A stretch of DNA of 64,000 bases from Camelus ferus (GCF_009834535.1 NC_045697.1:19966001-20030000), one strand, 5' to 3'; shown: positions 1 to 14,940, numbered from the stretch's first letter. The notes: a model not told the origin generated them from the sequence alone. Numbers and translations are program-made.

Positions 1-516
1 GCTGACCTTAAACTGAGGTCTGGAGAGTCCTGGAGGTTTCTGAGATACTTTGAAGCAATCGGCAAGGTCAAAACCATTTTCATAATAATATTATGATAGT
101 ATTTGCATTTTTTATTCCCATTCTGTCAGGAGTGTACAGTAGAATTTTTCAGAGGTTAATGGCATGTAATAGCAGAACAGATTGAATGCAGAAGCGGATA
201 TGAAAATCAGCTTTCTCCTATTAAGTCAGACATCAAAGAAATTTATAAAAGGAGAAAACAGTGCTATTTTCTATTATTTTTTTTTTTGGAAAATACACTT
301 ATTTTCATAAAAAACAAACCAGTATGTTAAGTAGTAGGGATTTTATTTGCCCATCTTAAATGAATTAATAATTAGATATATTAACTCATTTCTCATTTTT
401 AATTAAACATAGAGTAAACAATAACATATAACTCACTTAAACTAAAACTCTTTGGGGTCCTTAGGAAGTTTTTAGAGGGCAAACTTCTTGGTGCTGAAAC
501 CAAAAAGTTTGAGACT
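1..516 (+). mobile_element. hAT-Charlie non-autonomous DNA transposon (Charlie1b-like)
   Basis: Resembles recalled Charlie1b consensus along its length (ggtcaaaaccattttcataataata; acagattgaatgcagaagcggatatgaaaatcagc; ctctttggggtcct; accaaaaagtttgaga near the terminus). Confidence 0.8.
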
Positions 517-954
517 TAATAATCTTAAATTTCTTTGAGATTTTATTTCTTGAGATTATATTGTTATACGATTATCTAGTCCCATAATGCAACTTGTAGT
601 TTTTATAAGGTTATGTGAACACTCTTATTTCCTAGTTTCTGTGAGAACACAAAGAATTACGACTAATGGCAATAGATTTTTTTTTTAATTGAACACAATG
701 GAATGGTTGCTTTTTTCCATAGTATACTCTTACTGATTCGTGGCATTTGGTTAAATTTGATTTTTGGTTCTAGGAAGAACTTGAATGAGGAAACTAATTT
801 TTGGTATTTTCAATTCTTTGCAGTATTCTTTTTAATGTTCTTTAAAGAGGAAATTGATATTTAACGTAATACCCAAATTTATATTTTATAATTGGAAGCA
901 GAATTTATATCCACAAGAATACATTCAAACTTGATAAGATCAGCAACAGTGTTT

Positions 955-2600
955 TTTTTTTTAATTTAAATTATACAGGAGTTTTCTCTATCAAAATATT
1001 TATATTTATGCTAAAGGGAAAAAATGTCCACCCACATATATAGTTTTAAATCTCACTAAATTTTACATATGTGTATAGCGACATAACCAGCACTAAGATC
1101 AAGTTATTGAGTATTTCCAAGAGTACACTATTTGAGCATTCTTAGGCAATACATTGTCCCAGAGATAACTTTTACTTTAAAATTATAGATACATTTTGCC
1201 TATTCCTAAATTTCACAGAGTTGGAACCCAGCATCATATACTCTTGTGTATGGGACTTCTTCTGCTCAGTATTATGTCAGTGATACTCATCCCTGTTGTT
1301 GAGAGCAGCAGGAGTTCTCTTGGTGTTGTGATGTGTTTTTATACCCTATGAGGGTAGTACCGTGTACTTACTCTATTCTGTCTTGGGCTTTGGGTCATCT
1401 CAAATGTTAAGCTATTCTGAATTAAGCTGCTATGAACTCCTGTATCATTTGGAGGAAAAAAAGATCTTTTTTCTTGGAATAAAATTTGGGAGTGGGATTC
1501 CTTGGTCAGGTGGTCATTTTAGTAGATGCTGGCAAACTCTTTTCCAAAGTGATTTAACTAATTTGTGTTTCCATCATCAATCCAGTTGTTCTGCATCTTT
1601 GACTACCCTTCACATTGTCTAGCTTTTAAATTTTAGTCATTTTGTTGTACGCGGTGCCATGGTATCTTGTAGTCATTTTAATTTGCATTTTTATAATAAC
1701 AAATGCTCTTTGGCACCTTTTCATACAACTATTGACCATTTGAATATTTTGTGAAATGTTTCTTCAAGTATTTTATGCATTTGTACTCTGTGTATTGTAA
1801 AGTGTAGAAGTTATTTGTAGTCTCTCTATATCACAAACATCCTTTCCAGGTCTCTGGCTTCACTCTTCACTCTCTTAATATTGCTTTCCTTAAACAGAAT
1901 TTTTAGTTTCATTAACTCCAAATTACTAGTATTTACTGTAATGATTAGTGATTTTTGTTTCCTTTAGGAAATCTTCGATCTCTCAAATATAGTAAATGTA
2001 TTTTACTAAGTTTTCTTATAGAAGCACTGTTGCTTTATGTCTTACATTAGTTCTGTAATCAATTTCAGTTAAATTATCTTGTATTTTGTGAGTGAGAAAA
2101 TGAGACTCATTTGTATTTTTCCATACTGATACACAGTTGACGTGGTATTATTTACTTTAAAGACCATTCTTCCCAGAGTGGCCCCTATAGGTAAATCATG
2201 TGGCCACGTTACATGGTTTTGTTTCTGGGCTCTGGTTTGCTTCTTTGATACTCTTGTTTTTTAGGAATTTTTAGAAATTCTGCCTTTAAATTGCAGTTTT
2301 AAAAATTTACATTAAAATTTACATATTGATTATATCATTTGGGTTTAAATCTACCAGTCTCTTACCTTATTTCTCTCTATTCTTTTTTCCTTTTTCATTT
2401 TCAGTGTTCTTTTGAATTATCTGAGGATTTTTCAGTGTTTGATTTTATTTCCACTGTTGGCTTTTTAGATGTACTTCATGGTTTAAATTGGTTGTTCTAG
2501 GGTTTACAGTATACATACTTAATTTTTCACAATCTCTTTCAAATAATATTATACCACTGCACATTTAATGAAAGACTCATAGTATTTTTTCTCTTCGTGC
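955..2600 (-). mobile_element. Old LINE-1 (L1M-type) 3' UTR/ORF2 fragments
   Basis: Antisense L1 motifs (tgctggcaaactcttttccaaagtgatt; ggtatcttgtagtcattttaatttgcattt); highly diverged. Confidence 0.7.
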
Positions 2601-2609
2601 TGTTTTCAT

Positions 2610-2861
2610 GTATTCGGGCTCTTAGTAATTATATATAAATCGCAATGTTAATTATAATACAATGAACATTGGGTTGTGTCCCATGAAGTCCTTTCTGCTT
2701 CTGGGCAGTCATGGCTGTCGGGTTCTAACCAGTTTCTTGCTGGCACTCATTTAGAAGTAAAGCCCCTTTATGCTGGAGGTGGATATAACGCCGTCATCCG
2801 GACCATCCTCCTTGTCCTCCACCTTCCTGCCCTGTGTTCCCACTTATCTAACTACCTAACA
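2610..2861 (-). mobile_element. Truncated ERV1-type LTR, related to the LTR at 62919-63481
   Basis: Ends in cttatctaactacctaaca, the reverse complement of a TGTTAGG(T/C)AGTTAGATA start; internal blocks align to the reverse complement of 62919-63150. Confidence 0.7.
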
Positions 2862-5719
2862 CTACTGTGTATAATGTTAGAGAAAATATATTTTTAACTT
2901 ACCCTATTTGTTTAGTTCTTTAAAACACTGTATATTCTTTAATTTGACAAGGAATGATACCAAATAGTTTATTGTATTTGTATTAGTGTCATCAGCTAAC
3001 ACATGCAGAAACAAAACACTGAAGCTCTGTGGAAACAAATCAATTCAATGAATAATAATATATGCTATTATTACATATTGAAAGATAACTTATTCTTTTA
3101 TTGAGTATACATTTTAATCCTTATTAATATTAACAAAACTTATATACACTAAAAGCATATACCCATAAGGAAAAAGCATTCAAAATATAAATAAATTACC
3201 CCTTATAATTTTTTTTTCTATTTAACAAAGTATTTGGAATTATATCTCTTAAGGGAATAAATACTAGCCAAATAACTTTATAATTACTATAAAAATGTGA
3301 ATGATGGGGAGTAAGTAAAGCCTGTTTTTCTGGTCAACTTTAACTATTTAGGATTTCTTTTTTCAAATGTGCAATTTATTATAAGACTCCTTGCAAACTG
3401 ATTTGCATAGCTAATTTACTATCTTATCCATGTTTCTTCTAGCTAATTGAGTTGAGTTTTAGTATTTTATTTGCGATAAAATGTAAAGTGTTGCCATGTG
3501 AATAATAGTGACTATGAGTAAAAATTAATAGTTACTAAAAGTAAATTTAAATAATAAATTCATATTGCTCTCTGTAACATGTCTACAAAAAGTGACTTAA
3601 AACTATTATTTACAGAGTTGAGAACAAAGTGCTCTTACTGAATCTCCTAACAGAGTATCCTTGGAGTTTGGATTTGCCCTCCAAAGTCTGTTATATTTGC
3701 CCCTAAAAAGCCTAAATTCTTTAAGTATAAAATAAAAACAAATAAACAACAATAAAACTACCAGTCAAGGGACAAAGTTGTTGTTATACTTTAATATGAA
3801 AATATTCTGTGTGACGTTCAACAAATCATTTAAATATATGGGATTCAATTTGGTCACTGACAAATGAAAGGGTTGAATTTAATGATCTGTAGGGTCTTCC
3901 AGCTCTCACTCTCCTTGAGTTCACTTGATAAGAACAAGACTTAGGGATGGGCTTGCCCCCCTTCCAGGGAGTAGAGCTACTCTTGTGGTTTCCAAGTGCT
4001 TTTACCAACATTCCAGAGCTCTTCTCATTGTAGAGAAGACTAAAGTGCTGTTTCTGACTTATGCGTGGCTTCCTGAGGGGTGTAGGGTAGTCAAAGGAGG
4101 CACGTATTGTACTGAGTAGAAGTACAGGTATTTTATGCAAAATAATTCACTCCTCCTTCTATTTGTTAATAGACACTCACCATATGCATGCCCATCTCAT
4201 ATAATCATACATGTGAAGCTCTGTAGAGTGACATTAGTAGAAATAGTCAAATTGCAGCTTAAATATGATAAAAAAAATGCATACGTCAAAAAAAAAAAAA
4301 CAAAAAACTAGGGAAAATCCACCTAGAAGATAAATGTGTGAGATCTTTTATGTATATTTTCCCTGAGCTGACCTTTTGTGGCCTAACTCTCCAGTTGAGG
4401 GCCTATGTCAGAAGCACCACTTTTTTTGGAAATTATAATGCAAGACCTAGGAATTCACATCTTCCTTGCTGAGATTCATTCAGTTTTCTTGCTAAGCCAT
4501 TGATATTGAAAAAAGCAAGTTATTTCCCTCAATTTGATGAAAACAAAATGAAAACAATAACAAAAATACCTTGTTTAGAATATCGTTCCTGCATTACAGA
4601 ATATAGTTACTATATTCAGACAATCTATAGACTATTATGTTCAACTCACAGGGATACAAATTCAAAAGATGCCTTTTTAAGTTGAACTTAAGAAAAATAT
4701 AAGCAGAAGTTGGTGAATCAGACCATAAAATTTTTCTTTGGAAAATACCAAAGAAAGCTGGGCTCCTTAGCTTGGAGATACATGAGAGGTGTGTTCAAGT
4801 ATGTGACATTATAATTTGGAACAGAAAATGGATTTATTCTTTGTGTTTGCAAAAAAAGAGTAAGAACCAGGCAAAACTTTCCTCCACATACGGATTTTGT
4901 AATAAAATTGAAATGGACAATCTTTAAAAGTATCAGTTCGCTACCTCTGGGTGTGTTCATGGGGAACCTTCCTGGCCGCCTATCAGGAAATGTGATTCCT
5001 AATAGCAGACTGTCGTGTATTTTGTACCTGAGGTCTACAAATCTCTCTGAGACATTGGCACACTTGCAGTTTCACGCACTTATCTGTTAGGATGGACCTG
5101 GAGGTGGTCCAGTTTTGAAAATACAGAAAGTAAGATGACTTGAACTTATTTGGAAATTGTTCTCCTTTTTCAAATAAACAGTACAAAGACTCTAAATGAC
5201 AGTGGTGTTCCTAAGGAACATGACTCCCCACTTTGTCTTTAATCTTTCAGAGGCAGTTCTGATGGTTAGAGATTTGGAGTAGTCTCGTGTGGAGTTAGAT
5301 GCACACTAGGTTAGTGGAGACTTAAGTGCAGGTAACCTGCTTTTTCTGTCACCGTTCAAGTCACTGCTAAAAACAAACCAAAGTGAACCAAACTAGATTC
5401 AGCTAACACTATCTTAAAAGTCAATCTTTATAGGGCCAATAATTATGCCATATTCCTGAATTCAGAGATTTGAAAGTTTTGTTTTGTTGTTGGTGAGGAA
5501 ATCTTCGTTACATTCCAATTCTTTGAACTTTTGCGTTTGCATCCATTTAATGGCCTGCCATCAGATGTGTTTGTTTGAATACATACATTTTCCTGAGGAG
5601 AGGGAGGATAAAGGATCTATCATTCAAAAATTAAACCATGAGACACACAAACACTCGAAAGAAAAACTTGGTCAATTAAATAATAGTTAATTGGTCAATT
5701 CATAATTAGTTAACGAGCA

Positions 5720-6087
5720 TGTCTTAATCAGTTCAGCCTGCTGTAACAAATTACAGTAGACTGGATGGCTTAAACTACAAATACGTATTTCTCACCATTG
5801 TGGGGGCTGGGAGATCCAAGATCAAGGTGCTGACAGATGTGGTGTCTAGTGAGAGTCCACTTCCTGGTATGCAGATGGCCGCCTTGTCCTTGTCACCCAA
5901 CACAGCAGAGAGCAGAGATACTAAACAAGCCCTCAGGTTTCTTATTATAATGGCATTAATCCGAACTTGAGGGCTCTGCTCTCATGACTGAATTACCTCC
6001 CAAAGTCCCCAACTCCAAATACCATCTCATTAAGGATTAGGGTTTCAAAACATGAACTTTGAGGGGACAGCTATTCAGTCTATGACA
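5720..6087 (-). mobile_element. MaLR solo LTR (MLT1A/MLT1A0-like)
   Basis: tgtcttaatcagttcagcctgctgtaacaaa...tccaagatcaaggtgctgacag...attcagtctatgaca; TG...CA ends; about 370 bp. Confidence 0.85.
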
Positions 6088-6129
6088 TTAATTGTCTATT
6101 AAATTCTTAAAGACTGTTAAGAACTTTCA

Positions 6130-6235
6130 CATAAAGTATTTCAGAAAGACTCCTGAGTTTTAGTTCCCTTGTCTTTTAAATGAGGTACTAATGTCAATCT
6201 AATCAGTAGTTGTGAAGACTGAATTATTTGCTCAA
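6130..6235 (+). mobile_element. MIR core fragment
   Basis: ctgagttttagttcccttgtcttttaaatgagg...gttgtgaagactgaat resembles the MIR core. Confidence 0.5.
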
Positions 6236-9200
6236 TTCCATGAGGCCAGAAGGTAGCAAAATTATGACTTAACTGTAGATAATCTAAATACAGATATCAT
6301 AGGTGTCCCCTAATACCAAGGAGACTTCTCCTAAAATTAAGCATTCATACATGAAGTGTTATGCATGCATAGAATATCCTAAGGCTAGGGGATACTGCAA
6401 GACTCACAAGGAACAAAGACAGGGGCCACTCAGAAACAGATCTAAAAATAGTCACTATTTTGACAGCATATTTTCAGAGATACATTCCATCAAGTACAAT
6501 AGTTAAGTTCTGTATTGAATATGTTTAATTATAGTTAGTGAATCACCTCTTCATGATAGGTTTACTTTTAGCTATAACATAATGGAGAACAAGCAGAACT
6601 TAGCACACAATCAAACCATTGACGCAGGCCAAACAGAAAAATTAATAAGTTGGAGATAATGGCAAAGCGGGTTCAGTTTGGAGCGCTGATAAGCTGTTGA
6701 ATGAGTACATTCTTACGAGCAGGGAAACAGTGAACAACCGAATGTCCAAGGTTACCTGTCTGGAAGATAGAGTAGATGGGCAGAACAAAACATGAGAGAA
6801 CCCAAGGGCACTCTTCACACAGCCTGGTGTTTGGCGTCAGTAGAATCCATTGAAGGTGAAATAAAAGCCCCATCCACTCTCCACCAGCTGTCCAAGAGAG
6901 TTGATACTCAAATCAAGTCTCCACTCGTGAAGTGGGATAGAAGTCTGGTCAGGGTCATGAGCAGAATTTTTAAACAGACTAAGAGGAAAATGGATGGGAA
7001 AGGGGTGAGATGTTTAAGTATAGCAGGATTTGCTGGGACTGTCCCAGAGGCTGTCGGCTCCCGGAGCTTACTAGCTAATTAGGAATCTCCTGTAGTGATA
7101 GAGTTTCAGTGTCAACGGTTTGTTCTCCAGAGTAGTTTATTCAAAATCCCACTGAACAGAGATGCTACAGTAATATCTGAATTTGTGTAAGAACTTAATT
7201 GCACTAAGACAGTTGATAAAGAGCCTGAGTGTCTAACTTGGAGGAACAGAATGTGGTATTGAATTGGCCGAAAAAAGGGCATGGAATGCAGAAGATTTAA
7301 GGTTTTTATATAAGTCTTACATGCTATGCCTCTGTGATTTTAAATGTCCAGAAGTTCTTTTGATTTTGATGTATCTGCCACATGACTTGTCTGTAAACTA
7401 AACTTCCACCCAGGATTAATATTAAAGCTATATGCAAAAATCACTTTCAGTTTTATTTTTAATCTTCCAATTAGTATTTCAAAACCTCTATTTTCTTTTT
7501 GGTGCAAATGCATAGTATTTTAGGTATATTTAGGAGTAGCCTGGGAACTTAACTACCAATAATAGTGCTGTTTATCTGATAAATGTTTATTCAGAATTTG
7601 TAAATGTGCCATCTAAAAATTACCTTGGTACTTTTATTTATTTATTTTTTATTTATGTGTTCCCTGCAAGCAATGTTGCCCATTTCAGGTTTATAGTCTA
7701 AATTTTTGCTAAGATATTGCCACTAGCATTCTGTATGTGTTAGAGGATATTGGAGTGAACTTTAGAAAAAGCAAAATGGGACTGTAATGAGGTAGTGGTA
7801 GCAGGACTTGTTAGCAGAGAGCAATGTAAAATGGAATGGCATAAACCATGCTTCATGAAAGCTGGCAGTTCTGCAGAGATTATCTGTCTCCTGATTCACT
7901 GTGCTGGGCTCTTTTGCGTGTACTAAGTATGATAGCATGCTGTCCAGGCATAGTCAAATGGCTGGACTCAAAGTAGTTTCGATTAGGCCAGGATTGTGAT
8001 TTGAGAATTAATGGTTAAGTGATTTTTAAGAATGGCAGAAGAAAGTTAAGAGTTGGAGGAAAAGTAAAGAAAAATGAACTAGTGCTATTTTTACATTTGT
8101 CAGTCTACTTTCTTGAATTTCCTCTTAAGGATTGCTGAATCGAGAGAATCTCATTTTTTTTTTTTTTGTCTGCTAAAATACAAGATGTTATAGCAGGAAG
8201 TGTTAAAACAAATTTAAATCAACAAGGTTTTAGAAATCAAATTGACTCATTTTTAAAGTGAGTTAAAATCAAAACGAGTTATCATCGGAGGGAGGCTGAA
8301 TTGGGTCATGTTAACAAAATGGAATGAGCATGAACAACTTGGTGAAGCTTGGCAGCTTCATCATCACAAACATTTCCTGCTGAGATAATGAACTTGACAA
8401 TAACTCTTCTTATTCTTAAGATAGGATAGCAGAAGTCACTGTACAAAATCTCAGAATGAGAACAATTCATGCTGACTACAGAATCATTCCATAGTGACTG
8501 AAAGAGCCTGCGATCGATGCATGATTATAAAGTGAGCTCCTGCATTTTCACGCAGGAAGGAAAAGAATAAGAGTGACATTCTTCTTCTTCTAATATATGG
8601 GTGATGCAGCTAGAGATCTCAAGTAAGAGTGGATGGTTTGCAGAAGTTGGTTATTTGAATTAATTTACCCACATGTTGAAAATGTCAGTGAAAATCTCAA
8701 CAGGAAAAAATTGTTTCAGAATGACTGGTTCAACAAGACCTCATCTATCCAGCTCACTCCTAAGCAGCACTCAGATTTATTCAGTATTTTTGATGCATAA
8801 ATTATTTTGTATTATCTCCATCACCTTCACCTCCCATCACCAGCTCAAGACCATCCAGCAGATAAACATGTTTTATGGAATCTCCTGTGTTAGTTTATAC
8901 CCTAACCCATTTCTTCCTCTTTTTTTTTTTTCCCCTACGGTAAAAAAAGGCCCAAGTCAATCAAAAATATCTATATTTTAAATACATAAAATAAATCATG
9001 ATAACCTCAAAGAAATTTGTCTATATTATCCAACCTCCTAAAATAAATATTATCATTGCTCAAATATTCTGGTCATCAGAGTTCACTATCAAGTATTATT
9101 AAACCCAAATACTTAGGGCTCTTTAGGGACTTGATGGGAGACCACAGGATCCCAAAGGATCCATCTACCTGTGAAAATAGGCAGAGTTGGAGGGTCGTGA

Positions 9201-10039
9201 CTAATGATCCCAGTTATATGCATATGCTTCTCAGTATCTTGTGCAGTGACAAGGGATGGATTGAATGGAATGGAAGATCCATATAAGACATGATTAAGTG
9301 CCCTTGTATATGACTGTGGTTGAGAGATAGCTACATTATACACCCTGCTTAACTAGGATGCAGAACAAGACTAAAACTGGCAATTTTCTCCAGCTATGCC
9401 CCTTGGGAATCCTGCTTTGATACAATGCAGCTTCCAGGTTTGAGGTACCCAGTTTGACAGACTACTGCAGTCCCCCAAAGGACAAATCATAACCTCTGTG
9501 AGTTAGTATTTCTCATGTAGAGAAAGAAAGCAGGAGCTCGAAACCTCCCAATGGGTCCTGGGGCCAAATTCCAACGTGGATATGGAGAGAAAGGTCTGTA
9601 TTTTCTCTGATATTTCTGTTTCTCTTTTCCCAAATTTGTACCCTCCTTCCATTCCAGCATTTCTTCTAATGTTTCAGAATGTTGGTAGCAGACTGGGCTA
9701 TGGGAGAAGACGATTAATTGAGAGGGGAAGTAGGGGTACCAAGTTATTCTTGCTTGAATTTCCAAACCATGCACCTTAACACAGCGTCTCCTTGGAAGAG
9801 GATACTATTTTCTGACCCCCACAAAACATGCAGTAGGTAAGGAGGGGCCCTACTAGTGGATGTAAGTTACTTATTCTCCACGAACAGTGAGAAAAGCATC
9901 TGAGACATGTTTCTTCAACGCACAGGGGTTAGTTAGTGGAGGATTCCGATCTGTAGTCCACATCTTCCTGAACACAGAGTTGGGCCTGTGATCACCTCCT
10001 CAGCCCTCCATTTCAGTAAGTGAGTCCACTGCATATAGA

Positions 10040-10190
10040 GGGACTGGTGTATAATATTTAAAAGTATGGACGTTGGCATTTGAAAGGTCTACAGTTAAAT
10101 ACCAGTAACACGCTGGTTATGGGATTAGTCACTTTAGGCAAGTTGTATGATTTCCCGGTGGAGGGTTTGATGTGTATGAAGGTAATTTCT
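10040..10190 (+). mobile_element. MIR fragment
   Basis: tRNA-head remnant followed by gtcactttaggcaagttgt. Confidence 0.45.
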
Positions 10191-10459
10191 TCATCAGAGA
10201 CATGCTGAGGTTCCTGGATGACCATTAAGTCTTTGAAACATACTACCAATTTTTATTATTTATGAGTTTTATGAGGCAGTGTAAATGCATATTCAGTTGA
10301 AGGACACAATTCCTCTTTGCCCTTGTTTCTTTGAACCCTGAATCAAGATACGCATAATTGTTAATGTCATTCTATTGTTTTCACCTTGCTGGCACAGATA
10401 CATTTTTAATACCAAAATGACTGGTCAAATGTAGGCATTTATAAAAGAACATTAATAAA

Positions 10460-10685
10460 GTAATTACTTACCTGCCACTCTTGAAAACTATGTCTACCCT
10501 GTTTCCTATGCCATTTACATGCATCATACCATTGTAGGCTTACCACAAATCTATGCCGTGTGTATTTTATCGTCCACAGAGATACTAAATAAATTGCCCA
10601 AGTAAACCATACTGTGCTAGACTAAGCGCTTCAACTCAAGCTTTTTAAATCCAGAAGTCGTGTCCTCAACCACCATGGTCTGTTG
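10460..10685 (-). mobile_element. MIR
   Basis: Antisense MIR motifs (taaattgcccaag; tccagaagtcgtgtcctcaaccaccatg). Confidence 0.55.
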
Positions 10686-13379
10686 CTTGTTATCACCAGT
10701 GTCTATATAGTGCCTGAATTAAATGCCTCTCTTCTGCATCAACCCTATTCTCTCAAATGAATTAAGTTTCTAAGTTTTGTTTAGGCATAGTTTAATTACA
10801 ACAAGAAAACTTAAACATATTCATATCATTTCCATTTATGCTTTGCTTGACATAATTATATCTTCCTGAAGTGGGTAGAATTTTCTCAGGATGGATGGAA
10901 CACTTATAAAGAAACTCCCAATTTGGATTTCAGCCCAAACCCAAACACTGGTTTAAATAGACATTAAATATTAGTGTTAAACATTAAAGACACACTGAGA
11001 CCAGCAATAAAATCTCATAGGAAACCTAACTTTGAGTTATAATCAGATACAAGCTCTTCAAATACATAATTAGAAGTGTGATAGATTGTGTTCTTTTGGA
11101 TTAAATAGGGTGATTGCAGACAAATACATTAGTTTAGTGTGGTCATTAAAGTGATGGCATTGATATTACATTTCCTAAATTATGTTAAGTGTTATTGCAT
11201 GTATAATTACAGATATTTAAGAGAACAACAATAAGCAAATCAGTTTGCTAAAGCCAAACAGTCTTTAAAAACATAGCTACCCAAACCTGTTTTGCTTCTT
11301 TCTTCTCTTTCAAGAGGAGATTTTTAAACTGGTGAGAACAGACAAATGTAAGTATTAAGGAATTAACATCTATGATTCATGAGGTTATAGGAAAGTCTCT
11401 GGTTTCTTAAAATTAACTCAGATTTCTTAGTCTTGAAGATGAAGCTTTCAGAAGTGACTAATGTACCAACCACATTCAGGAAGACTGGCAATTAATAAAT
11501 ATTGCTTTATTTGTTCGTTTTTTTAAACGGAGAGCGTTAACTCTTAAATTTTTTTGAAAAATGCAAGTTGGTGAAATTTGCATTTTTCCCAAGCATAATA
11601 AATAAATAACTATCAATGTGATGGTTTATGTAGGTTAAAGAAAAAAATAATCATCATTGGGAGCCATCAAACATTCACCAAGAACAAGCAGAATTGTTTT
11701 CGTTCTTCTTTAATACAGTTTTTCAACTGGCGGCTTAGGAAATGTTTTATCACACATTAGACTCTGGCATGATGTTCTCGTCTGTTTAGCTGTATTTGCG
11801 TAACATCTGCATTATTATTTGCTTATATTTTTTCTTAAGTGAACTAACTTTTGTTTTTACTTAAATACAGTATTTAAAAAGGGAACTTGCTGGTAAGAGG
11901 AAGTGGAAAAAATGAGTGCTAAAGTGAAGAAAAAAACATGGCTTCAAAGAGAAAGAACTGCAGTCAGATTTAGAGGGGAGAGTTTCAAAATGCCAGAGGC
12001 AGCTTGAGAGAAATAAGTCTGACTATCATAGGGAACCCAGCACAAGAGCTGTTGGCTTGATTAAGAGCACAGATAAGTGGCAACTTGTCCTGAGATATCT
12101 GGTGGACATATAAGAGAGAGTATAGTTATCAACAGAAAAGATGGAGCAAAAATAGGAGTAAATAGGGCAGAAATCATTAGATACTAGGTTGCAAAAATAA
12201 TAGAGCAAAAGTCCTCTCAAGAGAGTAGCAAGGGAACTGTTGTTCCCCATAAGAATGCTTTATAAAATTGAAATGTTCCTTTTCAGAGTTAATATTTGGG
12301 TGTGATGATTGTCAAACTATAAAGAAAGATATTAAAAGGAAGCAGTGTGAAGGTGGCACTCTGAGACAGACCCATTTTGCTTCTATTCTGAGGAAGACAG
12401 CTTTTTAAAATTTTTTGAGGCTTCAATCAATCCAAGGCATAGACGTTATCCTTCATTGTTCTACATGAACTTAGAACGTGGTTTAATATCTAGTGATGAT
12501 AAGTTAATGATACCAAGGGAAAAAGAAGGCATTGTTGCCTGAGAGATGGACGCGGCTGGAGAGAAAGATTCAAGGATGAGAGCTGACCTGATGGGGAGAT
12601 TTTAGGATATAAAGCATGAAGACTAAGATCAGGGCCAACAGTTGGTCCATGTAAGGGCTTTAAGTTGTTGAACAGCCCGTGGAGCTGGGACTCGGGTGCA
12701 GTCACCAAGAAGATTAAGGAAAAGTGAGATAAAGGGGATCCAGATATGAGAGGTGGGCAATAAATGGAGGCTCAATAATTGGCACCATGGGAAAGGTGGG
12801 GACTCAGATACTTACTTTTGGGGGCAGAATCTGGGAAATAGGTGCAGTTAAGCTCAGACCACAGACATTACCTAAAGGGAGATAAACAGATGATTGGAGA
12901 GAAATAGTCAAACAGTAGCCCCACTTCACCAGGATGCATAGGTGGTTCTAGATTGGAGGCTGCTCAAGTGCTATGTAAAAGCACAATATGAAAAATACTA
13001 GGTTAAAAACTTCAGTTGGAGACATAATAGTCCATCATTAGTTATCCTTCTAAGAAGTAAAGAAGCCTAGGCTTTATAATAGGACAGTTAGAGAAATCCC
13101 TAATTAATTTTCCCAGAAATATTGGACTGATGTACGAACTTACAGTCAGGAAAGTAAAAGGAAAAGAAACCACTTGTTATTTTAGCAGAGATAATTTAAT
13201 ATTAGAAAGTGGCTGAATGGGTATTGGAGAAATTGCATTTCAAAAGGGGAAACCTGAGGTATCGTATTCCTAGAGATGTTAGCAGGAAGTAGCTAAGATT
13301 CCTCAGGATGTAAAATAAAGTGACCATTTTCAGGTTATTAGAAAGTAGAAGTTTGGAGAAGAGATCCTGTGGAATTTGG

Positions 13380-13840
13380 CACCACATCTTTGAGAAGGTG
13401 ATGCTACGAAACAGGTGTTAATGTCTCAGAAACATGAACAAGAGAACTTCTAGAGCCAGAACTCAGACTGTTGAGGGGAAATTGACAGTGGCCAATGCTG
13501 GCATCTCCAAGGGGACACAGTGAGGCCAGTTTTGAGAGTGCTGAAAAGAGTTTCCCATTCCAACCGGACCCAACTGCTGCCGAGTCAGTTGCTGTCATCA
13601 GTGTGAGAGCCCCTTGTTGAGATGACTCAGAACTAAACAAAAAAGAAACAAGTGAATTCTTTGTCATCTCCTGACTTCCAGTTTCCTCCAGCTCTTTCTG
13701 TTGGCACACCCTAATAGTACAGCTGCTGGCAAAGAAGAAAAGTAATTTTCAGAGTGCCAGCTCCAGCTTCATACCCATATACACACACACAACAAGGATG
13801 GATTTGGAGCTGAGAGACAAAACCTTAATAACTTATATAA
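13380..13840 (-). mobile_element. Ancient ERVL-class LTR (LTR33/LTR41-like)
   Basis: Ends ggatttggagctgagagacaaaaccttaataact, the reverse of the LTR33/41-type start; gctggcaaagaagaaaagtaattttcagagtgccagctccagc. Confidence 0.65.
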
Positions 13841-14199
13841 ATGTCAACTTTGAGGCACTGCACAATTGCTTTCCCAAGATTTCAATTCTCAGTCATTTCC
13901 TCTTCAAAATTTTCATAAATAACTTAAATGATAACATGGTTGACATTCTAACTGTATTTAACTGAAATATGGAAGTTTCTTGTCATGACAGATAACAGAA
14001 AGAAGCCATAAGCATTCTCGAGGGGGTGAAATAACATAAAGAGTTATTAATGAAGGATTAAAGAACAAATACAAAATCCAAAACTGGTCTGAAGTTGGAG
14101 GAAACTTCTGACTGTTAATTGAATGAGTCAGTAGAGTAAAATGACTGTCATGTAAGCTTATCTAATCCTACACTTCACTAATGTTTCCCTTAGTGGGAT

Positions 14200-14420
14200 T
14201 ATTATGGTAGCTAACACATACTGAGTATACTCTTCGTCAAGGGCTTCACAGGCACTGTTTTATTTATAACACAGCCACAAGCTCTCTGAGGTAGACTTAA
14301 TTAGTATTTCATTTTATCTATGAGGGAATGGAGGCTTAAAATAGATAAGTATTTGTCTAAACTTATGCAGTAAATGGTGAAAGGATTGAAATCTTGCTTT
14401 ATTCCAAACATTTAACTAGC
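14200..14420 (-). mobile_element. MIR
   Basis: tagctaacacatactgag...cattttatctatgagggaatggaggcttaaa. Confidence 0.6.
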
Positions 14421-14432
14421 ATGTTATGGATC

Positions 14433-14940
14433 TGTGGACAGCATAACAGCCCTCCAAATAGCTCCAAGTCTTAATTCCTAGAATCTGTGAACATGTCACT
14501 GCACATGACAGTAAGGATTCTGAAGGTGTGATTAAGGATCTTGAGATGTGGTAATTAACTTGGAATGTGTGAGTGGACAGTATAATCACAGGGACTCTTT
14601 CAAGTGAAACAGAGAGGCAGAGAAGTCAGCATAAGAGGAAGGAGATATGAAGACTGAAACAGGGTCAGAGTAAAGTGATGTGAAACTCAGTCAGCCATTG
14701 TTGACTTTGAAGCTGGAAGGGGCCACTGCCTAAGGAATGCAGGCAGCCTTTAGAAGCTGGAAAAGCAAGGACATAGATTTTCCCAAAGGATCTCTAGAAG
14801 AAATGCAACCCTGCTGACTGACACATTGATTTGGGTACAGAGAGAACACATTCAAATTTCTGACCTCCAGAATTGTAACATAATATATTTGTGTTTTTTA
14901 CGCCACTCAGATTGTTACAGCTGCAATAGGAAACTAAACA
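14433..14940 (+). mobile_element. MaLR solo LTR (MLT1D-like)
   Basis: tgtggacagcataacagccc...aaggaatgcaggcagcctttagaagctggaaaagcaagg...gttacagctgcaataggaaactaaaca. Confidence 0.85.
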
